A DNA stretch of 64,000 bases from a virus (Duplodnaviria; Caudoviricetes), in IMG/VR virus record IMGVR_UViG_3300013426_000028, positions 31,643 through 95,642 of that record. One strand, written 5' to 3'. Every line of letters begins with the position of its first letter. The stretch's first letter is position 1. Made by a program: the position numbers and the translations under genes. The notes beneath the pieces were generated by a model. The model did not search any database and was not told where the DNA came from. It was given only the letters and a program-made list of their open reading frames with translations. Below are positions 28,149 through 37,791 of this stretch, piece by piece.

Positions 28149-28633
28149 TTTCTTTCACCTCCTAACAAATTGTCAATACGTTCGAATATTGCTGGTAACA
28201 AAGTTTTATTAATACAATTCGCAAAATCTTCGTTTTTTAATACATCAATTTTTGCTGCTTCTGTTTGATGACTATAACCTCGATGTAATATTTCTGCTGT
28301 TGTTATTAAATTATAACACGACATCATATAATCAATTAATTGATATTTTTCATTTTCATTTAAAGTAGTTTCTACAAAAAACTTATCAAATGAGTATATG
28401 GCGAAGCCTGTCGTATTATTTAAAAATAAATAATTAAAATGAGTATAAAAATCAATCTCTCTGCTTAATTCAGAATTACGATTGTTAGATAAAATATCTA
28501 CACAGCCACAATTCCAATACTCATGCCAATCGCACACCCATTCAGGTGCTTGTAGCCAATATTTTTTGCCTTCTTTATCCTTTCCTAATAAATAAAACTT
28601 TTTTCCACGCCAATAAATTACTTTCTTTTTCAT
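28145..28633 (-). CDS. Hypothetical protein, paralogue of 26068..26529
   Basis: ATG 28633 behind AAGGAGGTG. Confidence 0.75.
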   Translation of the reverse strand: MKKKVIYWRGKKFYLLGKDKEGKKYWLQAPEWVCDWHEYWNCGCVDILSNNRNSELSREIDFYTHFNYLFLNNTTGFAIYSFDKFFVETTLNENEKYQLIDYMMSCYNLITTAEILHRGYSHQTEAAKIDVLKNEDFANCINKTLLPAIFERIDNLLGGERK

Positions 28634-28652
28634 AATTTTCACCTCCTTCCTT

Positions 28653-31094
28653 TTATCCTCTACAACAAAGAGCACCATATTGAGAATGAATTGATGTTTC
28701 ATCAACATTTCCTGTTTCTTGTGCCCATTGTAATAAAGCTTGCACAATTTCAGCATCAGGATTACTATTACATAATCCGTGAACTTGTCTTATAGAAAAC
28801 TTATTATCAATAGAACCATTTTGAGAAAGTTCTATTGTAAAATATGGTTCAGACAAATTACTATTTTTTCTGAAAAACAATATTGCTGTATGTTTGTTTG
28901 CAAACGTTTCTTGATAAGAGCTTACACAATGATGTAAGATTTTTCCTTCTGTGGATAAATCTTCTACTTTTTCAGGAACTAAAATAGTAAATTCATCATT
29001 GCTCCAAGCAAATTTCTTTTGTAATATTTCCTTCCAAGGTTTATATCTTTCATTTAATAGTTTGGATTGGTCAGCACTGATTATTTGTTTAAAAGCATCA
29101 TAATTTTCCGACATAAAATTATGAAGATAATGAATTTTCATTTTAAGATCTGATTGTAGAATTGCTTGTTTTAAACAATAAACAGAAATTTGTGGAAAAT
29201 GTTTTGTAACACATTCACAAACATATGACAAATTATTATTTTTAAAATCTTCTTTTGTTGTTGGAAAATCAATTGGAATTAATTTAATTTTTTCCTTCAT
29301 TTGATAATAATCATATAATTCTGATAATTTTGCCACGTCGGATGCACTAATTTTATTTAATATTCGAATAATTTCAGAATCTGAAAATCCTTGTTCTGGA
29401 ATTATAATGTTATAAAATGTCATAATATTAAGTATCAAATCTTTTACATATAAATGATGACCTTTGTCACAAATCAGATTTTTAAACATTTCTAACGTTA
29501 TATATTTACCATATTTTTTAGCAATTTGTTTTTTAGATAATGTTTTTCTATTTGAAGCAATTCTACAATATCCATAATTATAACAAGAAGGATAATTTGT
29601 TATGGACATGTTTCCTTTTAAAATATTAATCAAATAATAAAATAATTCTGCATGAAAATCAGTACAAACATAATTTTTATCGAAAATTGTTGCATCTTTT
29701 ATAAAATCTTCGTAATTTTTCTTACTTAAATAACATTGTTCATACATTTTAGTCTTTTGTATATCACAAGCAGTATCAAATAATAATTGTGTCACTCGCG
29801 ACGCTGTACGAGAGTTAGCAATATTTGTTGAATAAAACAATTTTCTTGCCTCTATAAATTCATTAACGTATGTAGAACCATAATGCTTAATAAAACTTTC
29901 ATATGTCATATCTTTATAGTATAAAGGATTAAACAAAGGCTCTAATATTTTTTGATATATTAATTCTCCAATAGTAAAATCTTTATTATAATAAGCATAA
30001 GAATAATGACCTTTTTTACAATAAGAGTTATTAATGCTATACGAAGACAAAATTTCTGCAAAACTATTATTTGGAAACATTGAATTAAAAATGTAATTTA
30101 AACCATGAATTTCTTGAATCTCAGAAATATGTTCTTGAATACAATTTATAATTTGTTGAAAACTCTGTACATCTGAATAATTAACACTATTGAAAGTTTG
30201 ATATTTATTGGTTTTATCAATTGTTAATTCTCCTTGTGGAGAAGCGAGAAAACATTCGCAGTTTCCTGTCTTTTTGTCATATACGTGTAATATTATATTT
30301 CTCCAATAGTTTTTATTATACATTAAAAGATACACATTATCTTGATCAGATTCAATATGTAATATATTGTTTGATTCAATCAATTCTTTTATTTTGTTTT
30401 GAAACATGTCTTGGTATGTTAACAATTTTGATTTTTGAATTGTTTTATGTGCAAATTTCGTTTTGTTTGGATGTTTAATACATTCAATAAATGTTGCAAT
30501 AGGAAACATTTCATTATAATCTACAGAGTGATTTATTTGCCACCAATTTTTTAATACAGTTAAATCAAAACCTTGTTCCTTCAATATTTTTGTTGAAAAA
30601 GGTGATAAACGTCCAAATGGATATTTATCACCTTGATAAGAATCTATTGTATTTATATTTACAAATCTAATATCTTGGGTATTGGATGCATTACTAATTT
30701 TCCAAGATCTTTCTTTTGGTTCAACAAAACGTTTGTTTGAATCATACATTTCCCAATCATTTGTAATATAAAACATAGGTTCATTACGATATAAATAAGG
30801 AAATGCCTTTCTATTTGTAACATAGGAGTTAAACAAATATATGCCAACACCCTTTTTATTATTAATAGTACATTTTTCAATGAAAATATAGTTTTTAGAA
30901 GCATTTTTAATAGGAAATAATAAAGCATAATCTTTAAAATCTTCTAATACTAGTTGTCCTTGTTTATCATAAATTTTTCCTGCTGGTGTTACTGTATACA
31001 TTGGTAATTGGCATAATTGTTCGTGTGTTTCAACTTCTACCTCTCTTAAATTAGGCATGTTGTTAAATGTGTTTACTTTAATTTCTTTATTCAT
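28653..31094 (-). CDS. Large protein with C-terminal PcfJ-like domain
   Basis: EGKILHHCVSSY...ILFFRK...PYFTIEL...IRQVHGLCN; start at ATG 31094 behind GGAGG. Confidence 0.8.
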   Translation of the reverse strand: MNKEIKVNTFNNMPNLREVEVETHEQLCQLPMYTVTPAGKIYDKQGQLVLEDFKDYALLFPIKNASKNYIFIEKCTINNKKGVGIYLFNSYVTNRKAFPYLYRNEPMFYITNDWEMYDSNKRFVEPKERSWKISNASNTQDIRFVNINTIDSYQGDKYPFGRLSPFSTKILKEQGFDLTVLKNWWQINHSVDYNEMFPIATFIECIKHPNKTKFAHKTIQKSKLLTYQDMFQNKIKELIESNNILHIESDQDNVYLLMYNKNYWRNIILHVYDKKTGNCECFLASPQGELTIDKTNKYQTFNSVNYSDVQSFQQIINCIQEHISEIQEIHGLNYIFNSMFPNNSFAEILSSYSINNSYCKKGHYSYAYYNKDFTIGELIYQKILEPLFNPLYYKDMTYESFIKHYGSTYVNEFIEARKLFYSTNIANSRTASRVTQLLFDTACDIQKTKMYEQCYLSKKNYEDFIKDATIFDKNYVCTDFHAELFYYLINILKGNMSITNYPSCYNYGYCRIASNRKTLSKKQIAKKYGKYITLEMFKNLICDKGHHLYVKDLILNIMTFYNIIIPEQGFSDSEIIRILNKISASDVAKLSELYDYYQMKEKIKLIPIDFPTTKEDFKNNNLSYVCECVTKHFPQISVYCLKQAILQSDLKMKIHYLHNFMSENYDAFKQIISADQSKLLNERYKPWKEILQKKFAWSNDEFTILVPEKVEDLSTEGKILHHCVSSYQETFANKHTAILFFRKNSNLSEPYFTIELSQNGSIDNKFSIRQVHGLCNSNPDAEIVQALLQWAQETGNVDETSIHSQYGALCCRG

Positions 31095-31190
31095 AATTTT
31101 TCCTCCAATTTTTCCTTTTTCAAGGGATAAGAATATTTTTATGGAGAAAATATTCAAAACCTTGTTCCTATTTAATTTTCAATTTAAAGA

Positions 31191-31757
31191 TTAATAATCA
31201 CAGTCTTCGTCTTCATCATAATCGTCATAATCATCTTCATCATAATCTTCGCAACATTCCATTCTTTCCTCCTGAAGAGCTTTTTCAACTCTTTCTTTTA
31301 ATATGACATCTAAATCTTCTTGAGATAATTTAGATTTTAGATCATTACAATTTGCAATTTCTTTACCTTCGTGGTCATAAGCAATTTTACCTTTGACTAG
31401 AATTTCAATTCCATTATCTAACTTAAAGCTATGATCTGGAATCATTTCTGCTTCTACGAATTGTTGAGCAATATTACATTGCATATAGACTTGAGACATA
31501 TTCATTCCCATTGAAGCATAAAGATTTAACATCTTTTCTTTATCTTCTGCGGAGCTTGCAAATCCAATTAACATTTCTGTTCTAGGATCATAAACTGGAA
31601 TTAATTCACCTGCATCAAGCATTTTAATAGTATCTAAAATACCTTTTTGAGGCATTTCTTCATATTTTTTTAATAAAGCTTCTTTAGCAGCTTTCTTTTC
31701 TGCTTCTTTTCTTTCTTCTGCTGCTCTTTTTAAATTTTCTAATACTGTGTTTTTCAT
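31191..31757 (-). CDS. Hypothetical protein with acidic tail
   Basis: RBS. Confidence 0.75.
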   Translation of the reverse strand: MKNTVLENLKRAAEERKEAEKKAAKEALLKKYEEMPQKGILDTIKMLDAGELIPVYDPRTEMLIGFASSAEDKEKMLNLYASMGMNMSQVYMQCNIAQQFVEAEMIPDHSFKLDNGIEILVKGKIAYDHEGKEIANCNDLKSKLSQEDLDVILKERVEKALQEERMECCEDYDEDDYDDYDEDEDCDY

Positions 31758-31823
31758 AACTGTTTTCCTCCTATAATATAAATGTTATGATGTTCCTATT
31801 GAGTTATTGTTCCTATTTAACGA

Positions 31824-32030
31824 TTACGCTACTATTTCATATAGTTTAATATCGTAATTCCATTCCTCTTTGCCTTCTGCTACCATTATAGCCATATGAT
31901 AACATTCTAATTGAAAGTATGAAATTTGTCTAATAAATTTATGACACTCTTCAACAGAGTTATAATATTTAGTTTGTAATAAATATGCATCTGTTTCTTC
32001 TTCGTAAATTTCTACAAAATATCTTTTCAT
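31824..32030 (-). CDS. Hypothetical protein
   Basis: RBS. Confidence 0.7.
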   Translation of the reverse strand: MKRYFVEIYEEETDAYLLQTKYYNSVEECHKFIRQISYFQLECYHMAIMVAEGKEEWNYDIKLYEIVA

Positions 32031-32031
32031 C

Positions 32032-32475
32032 TTATTTCACCTCCTTTATTTTTGATTTAGTAACAACTGATTTTAAACAACCAGGTGTATTTAATAATAA
32101 TTGATGTAATTCTCTTTTACTAAGTTCATCTTCTTCTTCATTAATTAATTGCTTGCCTTTATTAGTTATTACTCTAATTTCATAATGACTTGGTACAACA
32201 GGAGAATCGTGATGTGTTTCTTCTATAATGATAATTCCATCATCTCTAATGAATACTCTTGGACCATCTTCTGTTTCGAATAGACACATACGACTTATCA
32301 TTCCCCATAATGATGTATTATAAATAATCATACCTCCTTCTTGTTTTCCGTGCCATGACATAAAATAACCCGTTCCTAAAAAGGTCATTTTACCTTTTGT
32401 CTCTTCTAATTCTATTGATAAATCTTTTGCTTCTTCTAATGTAATTTCTGTTAAATTTAATTCTTTGTTATCCAT
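32032..32475 (-). CDS. Hypothetical protein
   Basis: RBS. Confidence 0.7.
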   Translation of the reverse strand: MDNKELNLTEITLEEAKDLSIELEETKGKMTFLGTGYFMSWHGKQEGGMIIYNTSLWGMISRMCLFETEDGPRVFIRDDGIIIIEETHHDSPVVPSHYEIRVITNKGKQLINEEEDELSKRELHQLLLNTPGCLKSVVTKSKIKEVK

Positions 32476-32477
32476 AA

Positions 32478-32753
32478 TTAATTTTCCTCTTTCTTTAAAT
32501 AGATAATGTTTGTCACCTGTCTATCAGGTAGGCTGTTCCTATATTGTCCGTATATATAATATTTTTTCATTTTTTCAGCAAGTTGAATTTGATTCATATT
32601 TCTATCAAAGAAATAATAATCATCTTTTGGTTTATTATATTTATCCTTTTTTGTATGTATTCGGACCGCATACTGGACATTCATATAATTAAGATATTGC
32701 TGAAAGGATCTGATTACAACAGATCCTCTTTTCATCTCCATTCCATTAATCAC
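32478..32753 (-). CDS. Hypothetical protein
   Basis: RBS AGGAGGTG. Confidence 0.65.
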   Translation of the reverse strand: MINGMEMKRGSVVIRSFQQYLNYMNVQYAVRIHTKKDKYNKPKDDYYFFDRNMNQIQLAEKMKKYYIYGQYRNSLPDRQVTNIIYLKKEEN

Positions 32754-32756
32754 CTC

Positions 32757-33266
32757 CTATCTTAATTTTGTAAAGACAAGTTTACCTTTTTCAGAACCAC
32801 ATTCTGAACAGTAATACCCTTTACCTTCTGTTTTATAGATTTTACCTTTTCTATAATAAATCCATTTTTTGTGACAGCAAGGACATTCTAGCATTGCGAC
32901 TGCTTTAGGACTTAATGCTTCATCATATGTATAAAAATTACATCTTGAAATATCTACATCAAAGTGATATCCTACTATAAGTGCAAGATTTTTCCATACA
33001 GGGCCGTGATGAGCTTTAGGTCCTGCGTATGCGTGACATAACTCGTGAAGAATAACAGTTTTGATATCTTTATCGTTTACTAAAGCGTGATTGACAAATA
33101 CGGTGTTCGTAACGTATGAATATCTTCCATTAGCGGTAGCAGATATAAAATATGGATCTACTTTTATATTAACTTTTTGTATTCGTTGTCCTTGTTCTTC
33201 ATTTAAATATTCAACAACCTCATCATTTAATTGATTTGCTAATTTAATAACTGCTTCTGGTGTCAT
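32757..33266 (-). CDS. SprT-like zinc metalloprotease
   Basis: ILHELCHA...HHGPVWK; CPCC...CSECG zinc ribbon. Confidence 0.88.
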   Translation of the reverse strand: MTPEAVIKLANQLNDEVVEYLNEEQGQRIQKVNIKVDPYFISATANGRYSYVTNTVFVNHALVNDKDIKTVILHELCHAYAGPKAHHGPVWKNLALIVGYHFDVDISRCNFYTYDEALSPKAVAMLECPCCHKKWIYYRKGKIYKTEGKGYYCSECGSEKGKLVFTKLR

Positions 33267-33267
33267 T

Positions 33268-33744
33268 TTACATCACCTCCTTTCCAAATACGCCACTAAG
33301 CATTATGTCAACTTTTTGACCAATTTGTTTTTCACAAGTTGGAGAAAGTTGAATATTTAAATCATCTTCTTCTTTTTGAAGATTTTCAATAATCTTAGTA
33401 GTTTCTGTTCTTTTTACTTGAAGTCTAGCCTCTCTAAGTTCATTAGCTGATGGCAAAAAGTCAGGTCTACCATTATTTTTAAACTCCTCTAAATAAGCTG
33501 GAGCTAAATAAGTGGTATCAACAAGATTTGCTGCCATCCATCTGCCTTCTCGATCTTTCTTCAAATTAAATGCAACTTGAACTCCCACCTTTGCATAACA
33601 ACGATGAGACATTAATTGTTTAAAATGAAAAAACAGATTTTCGTCAAATTTGCCATTACCCCATTGTGGAGTAATATAGCCATAACCTCCTTTCGTATTA
33701 ACTGATAAGATTGTTCCGATAAACATTTGATTTTGATGTAACAT
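33268..33744 (-). CDS. Cold-shock (OB-fold) domain protein with C-terminal extension
   Basis: RNP1-like KGGYGYI, RNP2-like LFFHF, GVQVAF, GRWMAANL. Confidence 0.8.
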   Translation of the reverse strand: MLHQNQMFIGTILSVNTKGGYGYITPQWGNGKFDENLFFHFKQLMSHRCYAKVGVQVAFNLKKDREGRWMAANLVDTTYLAPAYLEEFKNNGRPDFLPSANELREARLQVKRTETTKIIENLQKEEDDLNIQLSPTCEKQIGQKVDIMLSGVFGKEVM

Positions 33745-33745
33745 A

Positions 33746-34300
33746 TTATTTACCTCCTTTATCTGTTTTTAATATAACATCAATAATTCCATATTTCAAA
33801 GCTTGTTCAGCTGTGAAGTATTTATCTCTTTGTAAATCTGCTTTAATTTGTTTAACAGATTTTCCTGTTTTTTTAGAGCAGAATTCAAACATCTTTTCTC
33901 TGATAAATTTCAACTGTTCAACAGCAATTTCAACATCCATTGAGGAGCCTTCAGCTCCACCAATTGGTTGGTGTAACATTGTTGTTGCATTTGGAGTTGC
34001 ATATCTATGTCCTTTTTCTCCATTTAATAGGATAATACCAGCCGCACTTGCTGCTAAACCAATATTATATGTATGTACTGGAGATTTAATTAAATTCATT
34101 GTATCTACAATAGAATTCATTGCATATACGCTACCTCCACAAGAATTAATATATAAATGTATAGGTGCAACAGCTTGTGCATCTAAATAGAGCAAAGCCA
34201 TTGTAACCATCTCTGCGCTAACATCATTAATTTCTCCTGTTAGCATTATTGTTCTGTTGTCTAATAATGCATTAAACATTTGTTCATTTACGTGATTCAT
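33746..34300 (-). CDS. clpP: ATP-dependent Clp protease proteolytic subunit
   Basis: LYINSCGGSV, GLAASAA (Ser), MLHQP (His), RDKYFTAEQALKYGIID (Asp). Confidence 0.93.
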   Translation of the reverse strand: MNHVNEQMFNALLDNRTIMLTGEINDVSAEMVTMALLYLDAQAVAPIHLYINSCGGSVYAMNSIVDTMNLIKSPVHTYNIGLAASAAGIILLNGEKGHRYATPNATTMLHQPIGGAEGSSMDVEIAVEQLKFIREKMFEFCSKKTGKSVKQIKADLQRDKYFTAEQALKYGIIDVILKTDKGGK

Positions 34301-34317
34301 TTTTATTTTTCCTCCTA

Positions 34318-34638
34318 TTAATCAGTAACTTTAATGAAATAATGTAATTCTTCACCTTTAAGGTGATTGTAAGCATAATCATCTGCTTTTTGCCACAAGT
34401 CATTATAGACTGTAACAAAATCTGAATGACCTGCATTGTAATGTTGCCATAATTTCCAATTTAGTACCATTACAAATTCTGTTAAATACTTATAATTACT
34501 TTTAATATCTCTAAAAGATTTTTTATAAGTATCTTTAACAGCCTCTACTCCGAATGCATCAGCAATGCTGAAATCATCCCAGAAGGTTGTCATTGGCTTA
34601 TAGCCTGTTTCTTCTTCGATTGTCCAATGTGTTCTCAT
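34318..34638 (-). CDS. Conserved phage hypothetical protein
   Basis: TTFWDDFSIADAFG...LTEFVMVLNWK. Confidence 0.8.
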   Translation of the reverse strand: MRTHWTIEEETGYKPMTTFWDDFSIADAFGVEAVKDTYKKSFRDIKSNYKYLTEFVMVLNWKLWQHYNAGHSDFVTVYNDLWQKADDYAYNHLKGEELHYFIKVTD

Positions 34639-34654
34639 CTTTTATTCCTCACTA

Positions 34655-34942
34655 TTATAGCATTTCATTATCTAGTAATATTGAACCATTGTCAAGTTCA
34701 AATATTGCTTTGTTACTTTTAGCAGCTACATATTCGTATTCTGTAAGACCTGCTATATATTTACATTCGTCTTTTGAATCATATTCTTCAAAACGATCTC
34801 TAAAATATTGTAAATCAAAATCTACTTCATCGTCTTCTAAAATATCATAGATTTTGTCTACTACATCTCTTGAGAACCCACTTTCGTTCATATGGTCCTC
34901 AAATTCACACTTACATAATTCGTACTTTATCATAACACTCAT
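34655..34942 (-). CDS. Acidic hypothetical protein
   Basis: RBS. Confidence 0.7.
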   Translation of the reverse strand: MSVMIKYELCKCEFEDHMNESGFSRDVVDKIYDILEDDEVDFDLQYFRDRFEEYDSKDECKYIAGLTEYEYVAAKSNKAIFELDNGSILLDNEML

Positions 34943-34953
34943 TCCTCCCTTTG

Positions 34954-36270
34954 TTATTTTGATAAAACGAAACCAAAACCTTTTTTAGTTTCGTAAATAC
35001 GCATAATATTGTCAACGACTTCTTTTGTAACTGGAACATTTGTCCTTTTACTGCGTGCCATACATCTATCTAATAATTCAATAGATGCATCTGGTTGCCC
35101 AGCATTATCAATTGTTTGTGATTTATCATAAATGTATTCAATCACATCCAATTCTACCGTATTATCAGCAAAATCATTTAATATATCTAATACTATCTTT
35201 TTATCTAAAGGTTTTATATTAATTGGACATAAACGACGTGACATCGCTTGATCTTTCTTAATAGTTTCTTCATATTCATTATTAGTTGTTGCACCAATAA
35301 TGGTAACTTCACCTCTTGATAAATAAGGTTTTAAGATATTGCTTGCATCAACTGCTCCTTCTGCTCCACCAGCACCCATTAATGTATGAATTTCATCAAT
35401 AAATAATATAATAGGATATTGTGGAAATTCTTTATTATATTTAATGACTGCATTTAATACAGTAGTAAGTTTTTCTTCAAACATACCTCTATATTTGGTT
35501 CCTGCAACTGTGTTTGCAATAACTAATTCAAGAATACAATATTTATCTTTAATTCTTTGATTTAGTTCTTCTATAATAACAGTTTTTCCAGAACCAGCAG
35601 GAGCAACAAGAATAGAATTTCTCATTCTTTTCTTTAATAAACTTTCTTCAAGAAGATTTAACTCATCTTCTCTACCTTTTACTTCAGTTGCTGGTTTATT
35701 CATAGGAAACAAGATATTTTGAGACTTCTTAATTATTTCATTAATAACTTGTCTTTCCTTAAAATTATTTTCAGTTGCATTAGCCCAGTGATTTGGATCC
35801 GCATATACTGGAGTTGTATAGAAATAATCAAGCACATTACAAAGAACTTCGTGATCTTCTATTGTTAAGAATAAATCTTTAAAGATTTCATCAAGAGTAA
35901 TTAATGAGTTTTCTTTATGATTCATATCAACTCTTAACAAAAAATTCTCATCATTATACCATTTGATCTTTTTCTTAGAATTAATCTGTTCATCAGGATG
36001 GTTATTTCTATCCTTTAATTTTAAAGCGTTAATTAAGTTTAATCTAAAAGAACCAACAAAATTTTCGCCTCCTATTTCAGGAATTAAAACTTCTTCTAGT
36101 AAACCACATCTATATTGTGGTTCGTTATTTCTAACTAATAAATAGTTAATTAACAACATTTCTGGATATACCTCAAAGAAATATTTTTCTTTGGCATATC
36201 TTTCTGTTGCATTAATAAAGTTTAATGCATGATAATCAAAATTGTGAACATTATAATCCATTTTTAGCAC
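34954..36270 (-). CDS. ClpA/B/C-like AAA+ ATPase containing only NBD1
   Basis: GREDEL, Walker A APAGSGKT, VAGTKYRGMFEE, Walker B ILFIDEIH, DASNILKPYLSRG, IGATT..EY, PDASIELLD. Confidence 0.9.
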   Translation of the reverse strand: MLKMDYNVHNFDYHALNFINATERYAKEKYFFEVYPEMLLINYLLVRNNEPQYRCGLLEEVLIPEIGGENFVGSFRLNLINALKLKDRNNHPDEQINSKKKIKWYNDENFLLRVDMNHKENSLITLDEIFKDLFLTIEDHEVLCNVLDYFYTTPVYADPNHWANATENNFKERQVINEIIKKSQNILFPMNKPATEVKGREDELNLLEESLLKKRMRNSILVAPAGSGKTVIIEELNQRIKDKYCILELVIANTVAGTKYRGMFEEKLTTVLNAVIKYNKEFPQYPIILFIDEIHTLMGAGGAEGAVDASNILKPYLSRGEVTIIGATTNNEYEETIKKDQAMSRRLCPINIKPLDKKIVLDILNDFADNTVELDVIEYIYDKSQTIDNAGQPDASIELLDRCMARSKRTNVPVTKEVVDNIMRIYETKKGFGFVLSK

Positions 36271-36551
36271 TCTCCTTTTATGTCATCAACAATTTCAATA
36301 TTGACATCTTCTGAATCTTTGTTAATCCAAATTGCAATAGGTGGATTTAACATCGTTTTACATTCATTTGGATAATCGTCATCGATTATTGTAACTAGTT
36401 TTTGAAAATCTGTTTCAGTAATTTCTTGATCGATTCTGTCATAATCTTCTTGTTGTAGTTTTTCTTTGTTCTTCAATGCTTTGATAATTCTGGCATTATC
36501 TCCTTTGAATTTAAAAAACATTGCTAATATTATATTTCTTGGTTTAATCAT
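36264..36551 (-). CDS. Protein resembling the N-terminal part of DprA/Smf
   Basis: KFKGDN..I..AL..KE...VTIIDDDYP...K...NPP. Confidence 0.55.
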   Translation of the reverse strand: MIKPRNIILAMFFKFKGDNARIIKALKNKEKLQQEDYDRIDQEITETDFQKLVTIIDDDYPNECKTMLNPPIAIWINKDSEDVNIEIVDDIKGEC

Positions 36552-36564
36552 TTTTCTTCCCTCC

Positions 36565-36828
36565 TTATAAAATGTCGATTAAATCGTCTATAGTTGATAA
36601 AGCACGAGGAGTTTCTAATGTCCCCATGCTATAATCATAACAATAATAATCAGATTGTTCTTCATTAATAGCTTTTAAGATATGTATTGCAACAAACAAA
36701 TTATCATCATTAATTTTGTCTATTGCAAAATCTTTAAGGCTATCATACGAAGTAATAGAATAACCTTCTTCTTCCATTTCTTTGACAGCATCGTCAAAGC
36801 CTAATTTGTTAATTTTGTTTTTAGTCAT
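36565..36828 (-). CDS. Hypothetical protein
   Basis: RBS. Confidence 0.7.
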   Translation of the reverse strand: MTKNKINKLGFDDAVKEMEEEGYSITSYDSLKDFAIDKINDDNLFVAIHILKAINEEQSDYYCYDYSMGTLETPRALSTIDDLIDIL

Positions 36829-36835
36829 AATATTT

Positions 36836-36926
36836 TCCTCCGAGTTTTACCGACTTCTCTGTCCAGCTATATCTTTTTATACTAATTAAATGTTTGCTAA
36901 GCATTTAATGTTAGTAAGCCTTTTAA
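36836..36926 (-). ncRNA. ~90-nt repeated structured leader, copy 1
   Basis: Near-identical to 38756-38845; two predicted pseudoknots ending at the SD. Confidence 0.7.
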
Positions 36927-37133
36927 TTATTCTACAATAATTAAACAAGGACGATATAAACTTCCTTTGTTTGTTATATTGTATCGCTTTCTATTAAAAG
37001 TGAAACTCCAATTATTAAAATTAACAATTTTTGTAATTTTACCATTGGTAATTTCTATTTTACCATATGGATGATAATGATTATTACCATATAATGGAAT
37101 TGTGTATTTTACAACTCGATTAATTATAATCAT
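36927..37133 (-). CDS. Hypothetical protein
   Basis: RBS AAGGAGGG. Confidence 0.65.
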   Translation of the reverse strand: MIIINRVVKYTIPLYGNNHYHPYGKIEITNGKITKIVNFNNWSFTFNRKRYNITNKGSLYRPCLIIVE

Positions 37134-37147
37134 TGTTTTCCCCTCCT

Positions 37148-37378
37148 TTAAATCTTAGCAGGAACGATTTCTGGATTTTTATAACTTCTCCAGAAATCTA
37201 CTGCTTCATCATTATGATACATTACGATGACAACTTTGTCAACGCTTTTGTATCTTTTTTTATTGGTGTTAAAGTTCCACCATTTTTGAGCATCTTGTTC
37301 GTTTTTAAAAAAGACTTCACAGCTCCATCTATTGATAGAGTGTGCATCGTATGTTACGACAGCGTGAAATTCTGTCAT
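37148..37378 (-). CDS. Hypothetical protein
   Basis: Coupled ORF. Confidence 0.65.
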   Translation of the reverse strand: MTEFHAVVTYDAHSINRWSCEVFFKNEQDAQKWWNFNTNKKRYKSVDKVVIVMYHNDEAVDFWRSYKNPEIVPAKI

Positions 37379-37380
37379 AA

Positions 37381-37641
37381 TTACGCACCTACCTTTCTAG
37401 CAGTTTTGTTTTTGAGAGCAATTTGCTTTCTCACTCTCATAATGCATTGACGCGTAATACGCTCAATATCAACTGTTCCAAGACGATTCATCTTGGAATG
37501 TAATTTGATGAAGCCAGCATCATTTCTTAATGCTTCAACTTCCTCTTCTGTTAATTTAAAGAGATTGTAAACCTTTTTAGGTTCAGGGACTCTTAAGCCC
37601 TTTGTGTTGGTGTTTTCACCTAATGTTCTTGAGTTATTCAT
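37381..37641 (-). CDS. Basic hypothetical protein
   Basis: ATG 37641 behind AAAGGAG. Confidence 0.7.
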   Translation of the reverse strand: MNNSRTLGENTNTKGLRVPEPKKVYNLFKLTEEEVEALRNDAGFIKLHSKMNRLGTVDIERITRQCIMRVRKQIALKNKTARKVGA

Positions 37642-37791
37642 ATGTAACTCCTTTCTGTTCCTTATTGTATAATATCTTATATACCGACTTATTGTGCCGC
37701 AGTGGCAAGTGATATATCCCTTCTTATACAAAGAACTTGAAGCTTAATTAGCTTCCAAATGACTTCTATTTTCATAGAAGCCATCAAGAAA

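Larger units (their letters stand above)
21052..32542 (-). repeat. Dispersed intergenic motif (T/C)AAATAGGAACA(GTC), about 12 copies
   Basis: + strand TGTTCCTATT at 21052, 21736, 22572, 23548, 24444, 26030, 27062, 27081, 31163, 31791, 31808; near-copy at 32534. Confidence 0.9.

Noticed and set aside
21052-32542. AATAGGAACA repeats as a CRISPR array or integron attC sites
   Set aside because: Too short, irregularly spaced, separated by whole genes and not palindromic; no cas or integrase gene in the window
33746-34300. ClpP as prohead protease
   Set aside because: It lies in the early region beside a Clp ATPase, and a separate protease/scaffold gene exists at 62262
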